Shown here: one piece after another, positions 48,715 to 56,734 of the stretch | Position numbering within the stretch: the stretch's first letter is position 1 | How the letters are laid out: every line of letters begins with the position of its first letter | Virus record (IMG/VR): IMGVR_UViG_3300033145_000192 | Location: 96,001-160,000 of that record | DNA: 64,000 nt | Origin: a virus | Strand: one strand, 5' to 3' | Translations under genes and position numbers: made by a program | Notes under the pieces: model-generated | What the model saw: the letters and a program-made list of their open reading frames with translations, nothing else | The model's database searches: none | Told to the model about the DNA's origin: nothing

Positions 48715-50715
48715 CTACTTAATTGGGCAGCTTCCTCTTGAGCACTTTTGCTCAGGGTCGATAACCAACTTCTTACCATCGTAAGCTTCATATGACTCGC
48801 GAGTTATTTCTGTATAGGGAGGCTGTGGTCTGCCCCCGGCTCCCACCAACACGGTGGTCCCCTTGAGCTTTGGAAGGAACTTAATTACCGTGTGGTAAAG
48901 CTCCTTCTCAGTTGTAGCAGGAGTTAGGTTGACTGTCAAGGAAATTGAATTGTCAGCCCACTCACGCTGCAACATAGCCTGAATCGCGAGGGTGTCATGC
49001 ATCGAAATGTCGTGCTGTCCCTCAACGATGTCTTCTGCATCGTAACCTAATTCAGAAACTTCGTCAACAAGCGGGTGCTTACAAACATGCTTGGCAATGA
49101 TTGTGTTTATACCCTCTTCCTTGTTAATACACTCTTCGAACTCTATCCCGTCACTCATAAGTTTTGGAATGTTAGGGTCGTCCTTTTGATAACGCACGCG
49201 TTGCTCATAGTATGGGAACAGTAGAGCCTGGCCACCCTCGGTTGCTCCAGCCAATTTTGCAATTGTGCCAGTTGGAGCTAGGGTGGTGTTCTTGATTGGA
49301 GCAGGAATTCTAAGCTCATGGGCATATTCCATGCCGGTCTTTTTCACTACTCGGTAGAACTGACGCAGCGTGCTATGCACCTCTGGGTCATTGTGGCAAT
49401 CGCTATACTTCTTGCCTTGCTTGCACAGCCAACCCTGGAAGCCAAAGAACCCGACACCAATGCGCCTGTTGCGATTAACTACGGCACGCTGCCATGGCGA
49501 ATAGATATCGCCAAAGGTAGCACGAATAAGGAAGCGAGTCATCATCATAAATGCTCGCTTTGCTCCTTCGACATTGTCGTGGAATTCTGATAGGTTGATA
49601 TGTCCTAGGTTGCAATTGCCAAATGGGAGAGCGAAAATCTCACCACATGGATTTGAACTTACGACCTCTTCGGTCTCACCGTGTTGCGCCAAAGACATAT
49701 TGCAGAAGCCTGGCTCGCCACTGACATACATCGACTCGATGCATTTCTTATAAACCAGCCTGGCGTGCTTGTCGCCCTTCTTGAATAGTCTGAAGAAGGA
49801 ATTGTCAACACCTACCGAGATGTTTGTTGTCCAATGAGAGACCCTGGCATTGTCGCCCTTACAGTGAATGAACTCAAAGATGTCCGGGTCCTTCCAATGC
49901 TTAATTGACATACGGGCACTACGACGGACATTGCCAGCAACTACGCACACTGCAATACGGTGGTCAATCTCCATGTGGTCGAGAGATGTGAGCCTCTGGC
50001 CCACTTTGCTACTCAACAATTCAGCAACGCCCTGAAGCATTCGGATAAGAGCCTCTGGCCCCGAAGCGGTGCCGCCAAATGACCTAATAGGGGAACCATA
50101 GGGTCTTACGCGGCTCATATCAAATACAAGCGGCTGTGGGTTCTTGGCAAATGCCTGCTCCAAAACCAAAATAAGAGCCTCTACCCAGCCCTCACGACTA
50201 TCCTCGACAGGAATACATCCATCCCAAGTATGGTGATAATCAGTAGATAGAGTATCCCCAATGCGCTCGTGGTCAGCATGCTTAGAGTCGCATACGATGT
50301 GAACATCGAGCTTGTTCTTAATAGGAGGATATTTCTTGATGAACCTGTCGGAGTAGTTAGCACCGACGCCACCACCCTTCATAAGCTCATCGAACATGAA
50401 GGAATAGTGGTCGGCCATATTATCACGCCAACCAGAGACGTGACAATTAAACAAGAACTGACGACCTTTGACGCCACTAACCCACAGGTGACGGCCTGCG
50501 GGTAGTGCCTTAAAATCCATGAATAGGTCAACCAAATCTTGGCGTTCGTTCCTGCGCCAGAATTTTTTGTCTACTAGAGCAAGATTACCGTCTACGACAC
50601 GTTCAACTGTCTCTGGCCATGTCTCGTTTGAGCCGTCTGGTTTCCTCCTACTATACGTTCTTTCATAAACTTGCTTCCCTATCGGACCCCACTTAATCTG
50701 CTGCATAGTAGGCAT
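48715..50715 (-). CDS. nrdJ: Class II (adenosylcobalamin-dependent) ribonucleotide reductase
   Basis: LPAGRHLW, FNC, GNVRRSA, SSNPCGEI, CNLGHINL, RRIGVG, TTLAPTGT and C-terminal CSRGSC. Single subunit, no glycyl-radical motif. Confidence 0.93.
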   Translation of the reverse strand: MPTMQQIKWGPIGKQVYERTYSRRKPDGSNETWPETVERVVDGNLALVDKKFWRRNERQDLVDLFMDFKALPAGRHLWVSGVKGRQFLFNCHVSGWRDNMADHYSFMFDELMKGGGVGANYSDRFIKKYPPIKNKLDVHIVCDSKHADHERIGDTLSTDYHHTWDGCIPVEDSREGWVEALILVLEQAFAKNPQPLVFDMSRVRPYGSPIRSFGGTASGPEALIRMLQGVAELLSSKVGQRLTSLDHMEIDHRIAVCVVAGNVRRSARMSIKHWKDPDIFEFIHCKGDNARVSHWTTNISVGVDNSFFRLFKKGDKHARLVYKKCIESMYVSGEPGFCNMSLAQHGETEEVVSSNPCGEIFALPFGNCNLGHINLSEFHDNVEGAKRAFMMMTRFLIRATFGDIYSPWQRAVVNRNRRIGVGFFGFQGWLCKQGKKYSDCHNDPEVHSTLRQFYRVVKKTGMEYAHELRIPAPIKNTTLAPTGTIAKLAGATEGGQALLFPYYEQRVRYQKDDPNIPKLMSDGIEFEECINKEEGINTIIAKHVCKHPLVDEVSELGYDAEDIVEGQHDISMHDTLAIQAMLQREWADNSISLTVNLTPATTEKELYHTVIKFLPKLKGTTVLVGAGGRPQPPYTEITRESYEAYDGKKLVIDPEQKCSRGSCPIK

Positions 50716-50722
50716 ACATCTC

Positions 50723-51401
50723 CTAACGTAAGTCTTTGATATCACCTCTTAGAAACTTCTTGAGAGATGACTTCTTATTTGTTCTATGGTCTACAACCAG
50801 GTCTTTGCGCTCGCAATAGGTTCTAACTTTGTCCCCTCTTGCCCCTCTACCGACCTGGCTTTTCCTCTTGGCGTTCTTTTTATCTTTGTTGCGTCCCCGT
50901 TGGGCACTAAATAACTTAGCCCGCATGGCGTTCAGGGCCAACGCCTTATTGCGTCCCTGCCTGCGGCCATACTGGGCTATAACTACCATTCCTGTTGGGA
51001 TGTGGGTTAGTCGAACTGCACTGTCAGTTTTATTTTTATGCTGTCCACCAGGTCCGCTACCTCTAAAGAAAGTAAATCTGAGGTCTTGTGGTCTAAGTGC
51101 CACTTCAGTCTTTTGCTGGTGTTGTAAGACAGCAACGGTAATAGTGCTTGTATGAACTCTTCCCCTGCGCTCTGTAGGCGGGACTCTTTGGTATCTGTGG
51201 ACCCCTGCCTCGTGACTGAAAACTTCATTTGCTCTCCTTCCTCCTACTTCTAGGACGACATATGATGCGGCGCGGTCGAGCAATTCAATGCTAAAGATGC
51301 TCCTTAGCGGCGACCTTCCTGAATACGTTCTCGAACTTGACAACCAAGTCCTTGGCGTCTGCACCACCAGCGGCGGCGCGAATCTCAATCGTTACGTTCA
51401 T
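50723..51401 (-). CDS. Class I peptide chain release factor, RF1-like (PxT), lacking domain 1, translated through a programmed +1 frameshift (about 225 aa)
   Basis: RBS GAGGAG then ATG 51401 gives MNVTIEIRAAAGGADAKDL...KEHL-TAG (RF IRAGxGG motif). The +1 frame continues SIELLD...EAGVHRYQRVPPTERRGRVHTS...GSGPGGQHKNKTDSAVRLTHIPTG...DKVRTY...DHR. Confidence 0.92.
51290..51305 (-). promoter_or_regulatory. prfB-type +1 ribosomal frameshift cassette AAGGAG-CAT-CTT-TAG-C
   Basis: Internal SD, 3-nt spacer, CUU shift codon, stop and C: the same geometry as E. coli prfB AGGGGG-UAU-CUU-UGA-C. Confidence 0.88.
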
Positions 51402-51409
51402 TATCTCCT

Positions 51410-51811
51410 CTATTCCTCACTCCAGAAACAATCGTCGTCAATCATCTCTTCGACTGTAGTGTCTCCTTGATTCAAACTGTCTTCAATGCGGGCATCCCAG
51501 ATGTCAAAGTCAACGAACTGGTTGCGCCTTAGATAAAACAAAAAGTTGCGCACGTTCTTCACCATTAGATAGTCAGCATCCATGCCGCCCCTATGCGCGT
51601 TCCAATAGTATTCGATGAAGTAGGCATACCTTGTGCATCTCAGTATACATACGTCGGGACCGTTAGACAACATGAAGAAAACCATGTCGCCAAATTCTTC
51701 GGCATTGTCGCGGACGGGACCAATTACAAGGCCCATCTTTTCCGCAGCGTTGCCAACTTTTGTTGCTCTTTTGAGTGTCTCAATTGAAAACTTCGGCTTG
51801 TCCACTTTCAT
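51410..51811 (-). CDS. Hypothetical protein
   Basis: ATG 51811 after a GGGAGGA RBS; first gene of the minus-strand block. Confidence 0.65.
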   Translation of the reverse strand: MKVDKPKFSIETLKRATKVGNAAEKMGLVIGPVRDNAEEFGDMVFFMLSNGPDVCILRCTRYAYFIEYYWNAHRGGMDADYLMVKNVRNFLFYLRRNQFVDFDIWDARIEDSLNQGDTTVEEMIDDDCFWSEE

Positions 51812-51823
51812 TCCTCCCACCTT

Positions 51824-51833
51824 TCTATACACT
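51824..51833 (-). promoter_or_regulatory. Candidate promoter motif AGTGTATAGA
   Basis: RGTGTATRW-like copy at the head of the minus-strand block. Confidence 0.45.
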
Positions 51834-52023
51834 TAGAGCAGACCATCCCCTATAGGCGAACATCATGGTTGCCCTCTAGTAGTAGAAGAGTCTCTACAAA
51901 CCAGGAAGTCAAGGGGCCGAATTGAAGATTCTGCGGCGAATTAAAATCTGACGAAGCTGCTTGACTTTTCATTTGTTGCTCACTCTTATGACTGTAGAGC
52001 ACCAAGATGTGTGAGGAGGACAG

Positions 52024-52323
52024 ATGAAAGTTACTTATCAACTGGGATGGATGAAACGTGGTAGGACACCTGGAATGTTCAGGGCCATGGTTCATGAAAT
52101 CGGGACACCTAACTGGGTCGAGAGACTCATAGGGAAGGACAATTACACAAAGAGCGACGAGTATATTGGGCACAACATGTGGTTTCGTGACGGGACCAAA
52201 GTTAGGGCTAAAGTAGCCCTGGAGGAGTTTCTGAGTAAACGAACGATGTATGCTGATGCCAAACGCGGGGGAGGTATCAAGTGTGCGCTACAGTTCAACA
52301 TGATTACATTCAAGCGAGGCTAG
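52024..52323 (+). CDS. Hypothetical protein
   Basis: GAGGAGG RBS, 99 aa. Confidence 0.7.
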   Translation: MKVTYQLGWMKRGRTPGMFRAMVHEIGTPNWVERLIGKDNYTKSDEYIGHNMWFRDGTKVRAKVALEEFLSKRTMYADAKRGGGIKCALQFNMITFKRG

Positions 52324-52386
52324 TGCTGACCACTTGGCCCGTATGGTATAAGATAGGCAAGCATTGGATTTTAAGGGAGGAGGCCC

Positions 52387-52698
52387 ATGATGTCTGGCAA
52401 TTTGAAAGAATTCAAGGAAAATGTGACGAGTGACCTAGGCGACCTGACCGCTGTGCAACTCAATGCGCTTTACGGCGAAGTGCTGAAGGAATACGCGGGA
52501 AGGCTGTGCGGCGAAGCCAAGAGGCAAGAGGGCGTAGAGGTCAGGCTGTCAGCCGAAGTTGTTGTTGGTGCTGTTTGTTCTGTGGTGATGAGCACCGAGC
52601 ATTTGATTACTCACACCGCTAGTCCGGTCCAACTGTTTCACAAAGGCGGCGATGACCCACTTTACGTAGACACGCGAGAGCCATACGGCGGATGCTAG
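52387..52698 (+). CDS. Hypothetical protein
   Basis: GGGAGGAGG RBS, 103 aa. Confidence 0.65.
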   Translation: MMSGNLKEFKENVTSDLGDLTAVQLNALYGEVLKEYAGRLCGEAKRQEGVEVRLSAEVVVGAVCSVVMSTEHLITHTASPVQLFHKGGDDPLYVDTREPYGGC

Positions 52699-52716
52699 TA
52701 AGAGAGGAACGAAGTT

Positions 52717-52959
52717 ATGTGCCATGGAAGAGCTTCTAGGTATGATATTATTGCCGCAATGGGCTGTAACGCAGACAAAGGCTGCGCCGGTAGTTGTGGA
52801 GGGAGTGAGGGAGGAAGCGAAAAATGCGGCGACAAGTGCAAGTGCAAAAAGCAATGTGTCTGTGAGCATTTGGTAATGGTCAATAGAGGATGTCAGTGTG
52901 GTGCCGTGAAGGCGGCGAAGGAATGTAAAGAAAAGGGCGAGTGCAATGATTGCACCTAG
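52717..52959 (+). CDS. Cys-rich metallothionein-like protein
   Basis: 14 Cys in 80 aa with CxC and CxxxC clusters; GAGAGGA RBS. Confidence 0.6.
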   Translation: MCHGRASRYDIIAAMGCNADKGCAGSCGGSEGGSEKCGDKCKCKKQCVCEHLVMVNRGCQCGAVKAAKECKEKGECNDCT

Positions 52960-53293
52960 CGGAGTCGCAAAGTGGGACGGAAGAAAGACACGAGTTCCTC
53001 GTAGATGTATGGCATGTGGGCAAGAGCATAACATCATACCAGGGTCAGGAGGATTTTACATAGAGCCTAATGAGCGCGGAGAAATGAATCATGATTGTGT
53101 GATTGCCATGCGGCAGGCATGTTGGGATAGCTGGACTGAAGTTATTACGAACCTGTATGGCGTGCCAGGAAGGGAATTTCCTAACTCACCCGTAATGGTA
53201 GCGTCGGAACGTAATTGGCGCGAAGATACCATCTTGCCTATAAGGGGATTTGATTACCGACCAGGAATGGGACCTAGCGGTGTGCTTGAATGA
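52946..53293 (+). CDS. Hypothetical protein with CxxC
   Basis: 115 aa, overlaps the previous stop; CMACG motif. Confidence 0.55.
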   Translation: MIAPSGVAKWDGRKTRVPRRCMACGQEHNIIPGSGGFYIEPNERGEMNHDCVIAMRQACWDSWTEVITNLYGVPGREFPNSPVMVASERNWREDTILPIRGFDYRPGMGPSGVLE

Positions 53294-53595
53294 TTAGGTG
53301 AAACACCTATTATTTGGGGCCTACACTATATCAGGGCCCCGCCGTAAGTCCTTTGTTTTCGACCACCGCTCTAAGTTCAATAATACCAGGGGGTTACGTA
53401 AAGCCTTTGTTTCCGACCCTTTCTTTTCATTTCACCGCCCCCATGAAATGAAATGCTTATCTCCTTTGTTTGCGACCGCCCGATTTCTGGCACCCCCAAC
53501 CCCTTGCCCTGTAAGGGTTTACGGCGGTGACCGTTTTCCGGCACCCCCAACCGCCCGATTTCCGTCGCCCCGCACCGAAAACAAAGGAGTTATGA

Positions 53596-53613
53596 CTGGC
53601 ACGGGACGTGCTA
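53596..53613 (+). promoter_or_regulatory. Sigma54-like -24/-12 element
   Basis: CTGGCACGGGACGTGCTA, GG-N10-GC. Confidence 0.6.
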
Positions 53614-53836
53614 TAGGTAGGGTGGCGGCGCGGGGTCGGGTGCGACCCAAAAGCGTCCCGCTCTTTGACAATTCGGCTCATTTGCGTGTCACGGTGGGGG
53701 GCCTTGCGCCTCATTTGTGACGCACGGACCACGTCGAGAGACGTATCTGGAACCGAGACCCGCCGGAGGCTGAGACGCTTCTGACACCTACGGGGGCGGC
53801 AGGAGGGACGCAAATGAGACGGCCTTGAAACGCAAC

Positions 53837-53898
53837 GGGTCGCCCTGAAGGCAGGGAGTCGCAAATGCGACGAATCCGGTTCGAATCCGGAACGACCC
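53837..53898 (+). ncRNA. tRNA-like cloverleaf with a canonical T-loop
   Basis: GGGTCG/CGACCC closing stem, CCCTG/CAGGG arm, GTCGC/GCGAC arm, TCCGG-TTCGAAT-CCGGA. Confidence 0.55.
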
Positions 53899-53958
53899 AT
53901 GACACGTTTCACCATGCGTCTCACAGAAAGGGACGCAAATGACACGAAGGAGGAGGAG

Positions 53959-54189
53959 ATGAAACGAATGCGGCCTGTCACTGAGACGATGGCACGCATC
54001 TGCGACGAATGTGACGGGTTGGGTTTCGTTCCGCGACACTCAACTGGAACGAAAGTGACACTGGTCGAGGCGCATACGGCACAGAAATGCGACGAATGCG
54101 ACGGCTTCGGGCTGGTGGCACGCAAGCGAGACGAATCCACCCTGACTGAGACGATTCTGCGACTCAAAACCCTCTACGAAACGAACTGA
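53959..54189 (+). CDS. Small protein with two CxxCxGxG (DnaJ-type Zn finger) motifs
   Basis: CDECDGLG and CDECDGFG; GGAGGAGGAG RBS. Confidence 0.65.
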   Translation: MKRMRPVTETMARICDECDGLGFVPRHSTGTKVTLVEAHTAQKCDECDGFGLVARKRDESTLTETILRLKTLYETN

Positions 54190-54198
54190 GAGACGGAA

Positions 54199-54708
54199 AT
54201 GACACGCTTCTGGACCATTGCCCACGACGATAAGGTTTCAAATGCGTCCCACGAACACCTAACCCTTGCGTTTCACGACGATGGGACGATTGCGGTTCGA
54301 ACCAAGACCGTCTCAGAAGGGGCTCATATGCGTGACACTTACGAGTCATGCGGCTCCTACGGTCGGTGGGATACGGGTCACCGTTGGGTCGAATTCGACT
54401 CAAGCTGCACCGCATTTGACATGGCTTCGGTTGCCATGCAACGCGAGTGGAACGTAACGGTTCTCAACTGCAACGCAAGTGACTCGGATTGGGGTCACAT
54501 CAGTTTCATCGAGTGCGACGGAAACGTCACCGACCCGGATACGTTGCGCGGCATGGGACGCAACAAAGACGCGGACGCCGATGAGACGAGTGCGACACGC
54601 AAGCGGAACGGAAACAGCCTCATGCGGTTCGGCGGGTGGAACGCAACGCGGGTCGTAAATGACAAGGCTCTGGCACGAGCCAAGGCTGCCGACGCGGCAC
54701 GCAACTGA
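54199..54708 (+). CDS. Hypothetical protein
   Basis: 169 aa, directly follows the previous ORF. Confidence 0.6.
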   Translation: MTRFWTIAHDDKVSNASHEHLTLAFHDDGTIAVRTKTVSEGAHMRDTYESCGSYGRWDTGHRWVEFDSSCTAFDMASVAMQREWNVTVLNCNASDSDWGHISFIECDGNVTDPDTLRGMGRNKDADADETSATRKRNGNSLMRFGGWNATRVVNDKALARAKAADAARN

Positions 54709-54750
54709 CACGAACGGTGCTCGGGGCGGGTTCGACTCCCGCCCGTGTCA
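54706..54750 (+). ncRNA. Acceptor/T-arm minihelix-like element
   Basis: TGACAC/GTGTCA stem stacked on GGGCGGG-TTCGACT-CCCGCCC. Confidence 0.6.
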
Positions 54751-54807
54751 TTTCGGTTTCACCATACGTGCCACCCAGAGGCACGCAAACAGAACGGAAG
54801 TTTCAAA

Positions 54808-55026
54808 ATGAAGAACATTCACGACCTGCGAGACGCATTCGACACGATTCAGGCTGCGGCACGAGACGGAAAACGAGCCTGCAACGGATTTGAGACGCTA
54901 GAGGCGTCCTGCGTGTTGGACCACGATATGCTGGCCAGCATACTCCTGAGCGTTGAGGAGCAGTTGCGTCTCATTGCGGACCACGCGAACCGGAGCCTGG
55001 GACAAACCGCTATCCGAATCGACTGA
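54808..55026 (+). CDS. Hypothetical protein
   Basis: 72 aa starting MKNIHDL. Confidence 0.55.
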   Translation: MKNIHDLRDAFDTIQAAARDGKRACNGFETLEASCVLDHDMLASILLSVEEQLRLIADHANRSLGQTAIRID

Positions 55027-55052
55027 CACGCATCTGAGACGGACGGCTTCTA

Positions 55053-55081
55053 GGGTCGTAGGGTTCGATTCCTTACGACTC
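55053..55081 (+). ncRNA. T-loop hairpin
   Basis: 11-bp stem GGGTCGTAGGG/CCTTACGACTC with a TTCGATT loop. Confidence 0.6.
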
Positions 55082-55136
55082 ACTTGCGGTTCACAATCCG
55101 TGAAACGCACAACTGCCTGGTGGCAAAGGATTTAGC

Positions 55137-55730
55137 ATGAACGTCAGAAAGAACGCGCTTCGTCTCATGGTCGTCCGCAACGCAACTGAGACGGAGTTCG
55201 CTGCCCAGTTCGCCTACCGCACCGCACCGCTCGGCTCGACGGGACGCAAATGGGACGCAATGATGGACGACGGCTGGTGGAGGGGCGACGGTAACGAGTG
55301 GGTCAAGGTCTACAAGGGTATCAGTGAAACGCATTTGAGCCCGGACGACTACAACTACCTCTCGTGGGACGAAATTGACTCGATTCTGCGACGAGAGACC
55401 ATTCGGTGCGTAAGCGTGTCAACGACTCGTCTGCGGCGTGTTCGGTCTCACTTGCGTATCACCGAGGCGTCGTCCTTCGGTGGCAACGTGGCCCGCAGGG
55501 TTCGGTGGCTCAAGGACATGCGGGACGAAGCGGAGCGAAACGCATTTGAGGCGAACGTCCTGCTCTGCTCCGATATGGACCAGTTGGCCGTAACTCCCGG
55601 CGACGAGTGGGATTACACCTACAACCCCGAGACCTACGGTTGGGACCACAGCGAGCCGTCCGGGTCATTTGCGTTCCAGAACCGTGCCAGCCACGAGTTG
55701 ACCTTCGACGACATGGACGACTGCTTCTAG
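55137..55730 (+). CDS. Hypothetical protein
   Basis: 197 aa, AAGGA RBS. Confidence 0.62.
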   Translation: MNVRKNALRLMVVRNATETEFAAQFAYRTAPLGSTGRKWDAMMDDGWWRGDGNEWVKVYKGISETHLSPDDYNYLSWDEIDSILRRETIRCVSVSTTRLRRVRSHLRITEASSFGGNVARRVRWLKDMRDEAERNAFEANVLLCSDMDQLAVTPGDEWDYTYNPETYGWDHSEPSGSFAFQNRASHELTFDDMDDCF

Positions 55731-55749
55731 CAGACACGCATTGGTGACG

Positions 55750-55778
55750 GAGGCGGTAGGTTCGATTCCTGCCGTCTC
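55750..55778 (+). ncRNA. T-loop hairpin
   Basis: 11-bp stem GAGGCGGTAGG/CCTGCCGTCTC with a TTCGATT loop. Confidence 0.6.
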
Positions 55779-55833
55779 ATTTGCGTCTCAATTATGGGAC
55801 GCTTAACGGCCTGGTGGCCAAGGTGACACGCAT

Positions 55834-56073
55834 ATGAGTATCTTCCTGAACGGCGAGGCGTATGAGCAGGACATGGCCGAGACTGTCGTTGAAACGCAAG
55901 TGGAACGATACACCGGCAACTGGGAAATGAAGGACGGCAGCCAGCCCGTTGGCATGGTGACCGGAATGAGACGGAAGGACAGTTTGTCCCGTTTGCGTCT
56001 CACCGACTCCCAGGCCAAGTTCTTCCTCAGCGACACTCACTGGGATATCTACTGGGAGGTGTTCACCGACTGA
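55834..56073 (+). CDS. Hypothetical protein
   Basis: 79 aa, AAGGTG RBS. Confidence 0.6.
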   Translation: MSIFLNGEAYEQDMAETVVETQVERYTGNWEMKDGSQPVGMVTGMRRKDSLSRLRLTDSQAKFFLSDTHWDIYWEVFTD

Positions 56074-56151
56074 TACGCATTTGAAACGAACCAACGTCGG
56101 TTTGTTTCAGAGGGATAGACGGTTCGATTCCGTTTGTCTCTTTTGCGTCTC
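56074..56151 (+). ncRNA. Three-way junction element with a T-loop hairpin
   Basis: ACGCA/TGCGT closing stem, TGAAACGAACC/GGTTTGTTTCA hairpin and AGGGATAGACGG-TTCGATT-CCGTTTGTCTCT hairpin. Confidence 0.6.
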
Positions 56152-56184
56152 ACAATGAGGCGCAGCAATGCCTGGAGGCACGCA

Positions 56185-56415
56185 ATGAACACGTATCTGC
56201 TCACGGTTTGGGACGGAAGCAACGCAAATGGGCTCGGCCAGACCTACAATCTGGGGCGCAGCAACGGGCTCTACACCCCGATTCAGCAGGCTGGAACGAT
56301 TCTGGCACAGTGGCACGCAAATGGCACGAACGAGTGGACGTGCAACGATAACGGGGCGTGGGAGAACCTGGAGACGGGCCACAAGGCGCAACTGAGCCGA
56401 GTGCTGGGCCGCTAA
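56185..56415 (+). CDS. Hypothetical protein
   Basis: 76 aa starting MNTYLL, GGAGG RBS. Confidence 0.62.
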   Translation: MNTYLLTVWDGSNANGLGQTYNLGRSNGLYTPIQQAGTILAQWHANGTNEWTCNDNGAWENLETGHKAQLSRVLGR

Positions 56416-56464
56416 ACGCAAGTGAGACGAATCAACTTCTAGCCTGAAACGCAAAGGAAACGAA

Positions 56465-56689
56465 ATGCTGAAAAGTGAACTGATAGAGGAAAACAAGCGG
56501 CTGCACGATACCGTCGATTACCTTCGGTCGCAGTTGCGTCTCATACCGCACAGTCGTTTCGAGAAGTATCGGCACGCAAAGGACACGAACGAGACTCTGG
56601 CCTACCGCAAGTGCGCCCAAGAGGTAGACTCGCGCTGCCTCGCCGCACTGAGCCACGCAACTGACATACAAGACGGTTGCACCGACTAG
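56465..56689 (+). CDS. Hypothetical coiled-coil protein
   Basis: 74 aa, AAAGGA RBS. Confidence 0.6.
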   Translation: MLKSELIEENKRLHDTVDYLRSQLRLIPHSRFEKYRHAKDTNETLAYRKCAQEVDSRCLAALSHATDIQDGCTD

Positions 56690-56708
56690 GCGACACGCAT
56701 TTGAGACG

Positions 56709-56734
56709 GACCTGAGCATGTCGTTAAACTGCTC
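56709..56734 (+). ncRNA. Compact H-type pseudoknot
   Basis: GACCTGAGCATGTCGTTAAACTGCTC: S1 GAC/GTC, S2 GAGCA/TGCTC. Confidence 0.45.

Noticed and set aside
50723-51388. Track ORF start (MRFAPPLVV...) for the release factor
   Set aside because: It has no RBS and a non-homologous N-terminus. The true RF N-terminus is in another frame starting at 51401.
6301-51787. Many plus-strand ORFs of 60-330 aa across the minus-strand block (e.g. 6870..7412, 20147..21139, 37471..37944)
   Set aside because: They lie antisense to long, motif-bearing genes, have low-complexity mirror composition and lack RBSs.
51961-51992. Sigma70 promoter for the plus-strand arm (TTGACT...)
   Set aside because: No acceptable -10 hexamer at 16-18-nt spacing.
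53298-53905. ORFs 53298..53720 (+) and 53457..54167 (-)
   Set aside because: They translate repeat and promoter DNA, have atypical composition, and the minus-strand ORF runs against the strand of all local genes.
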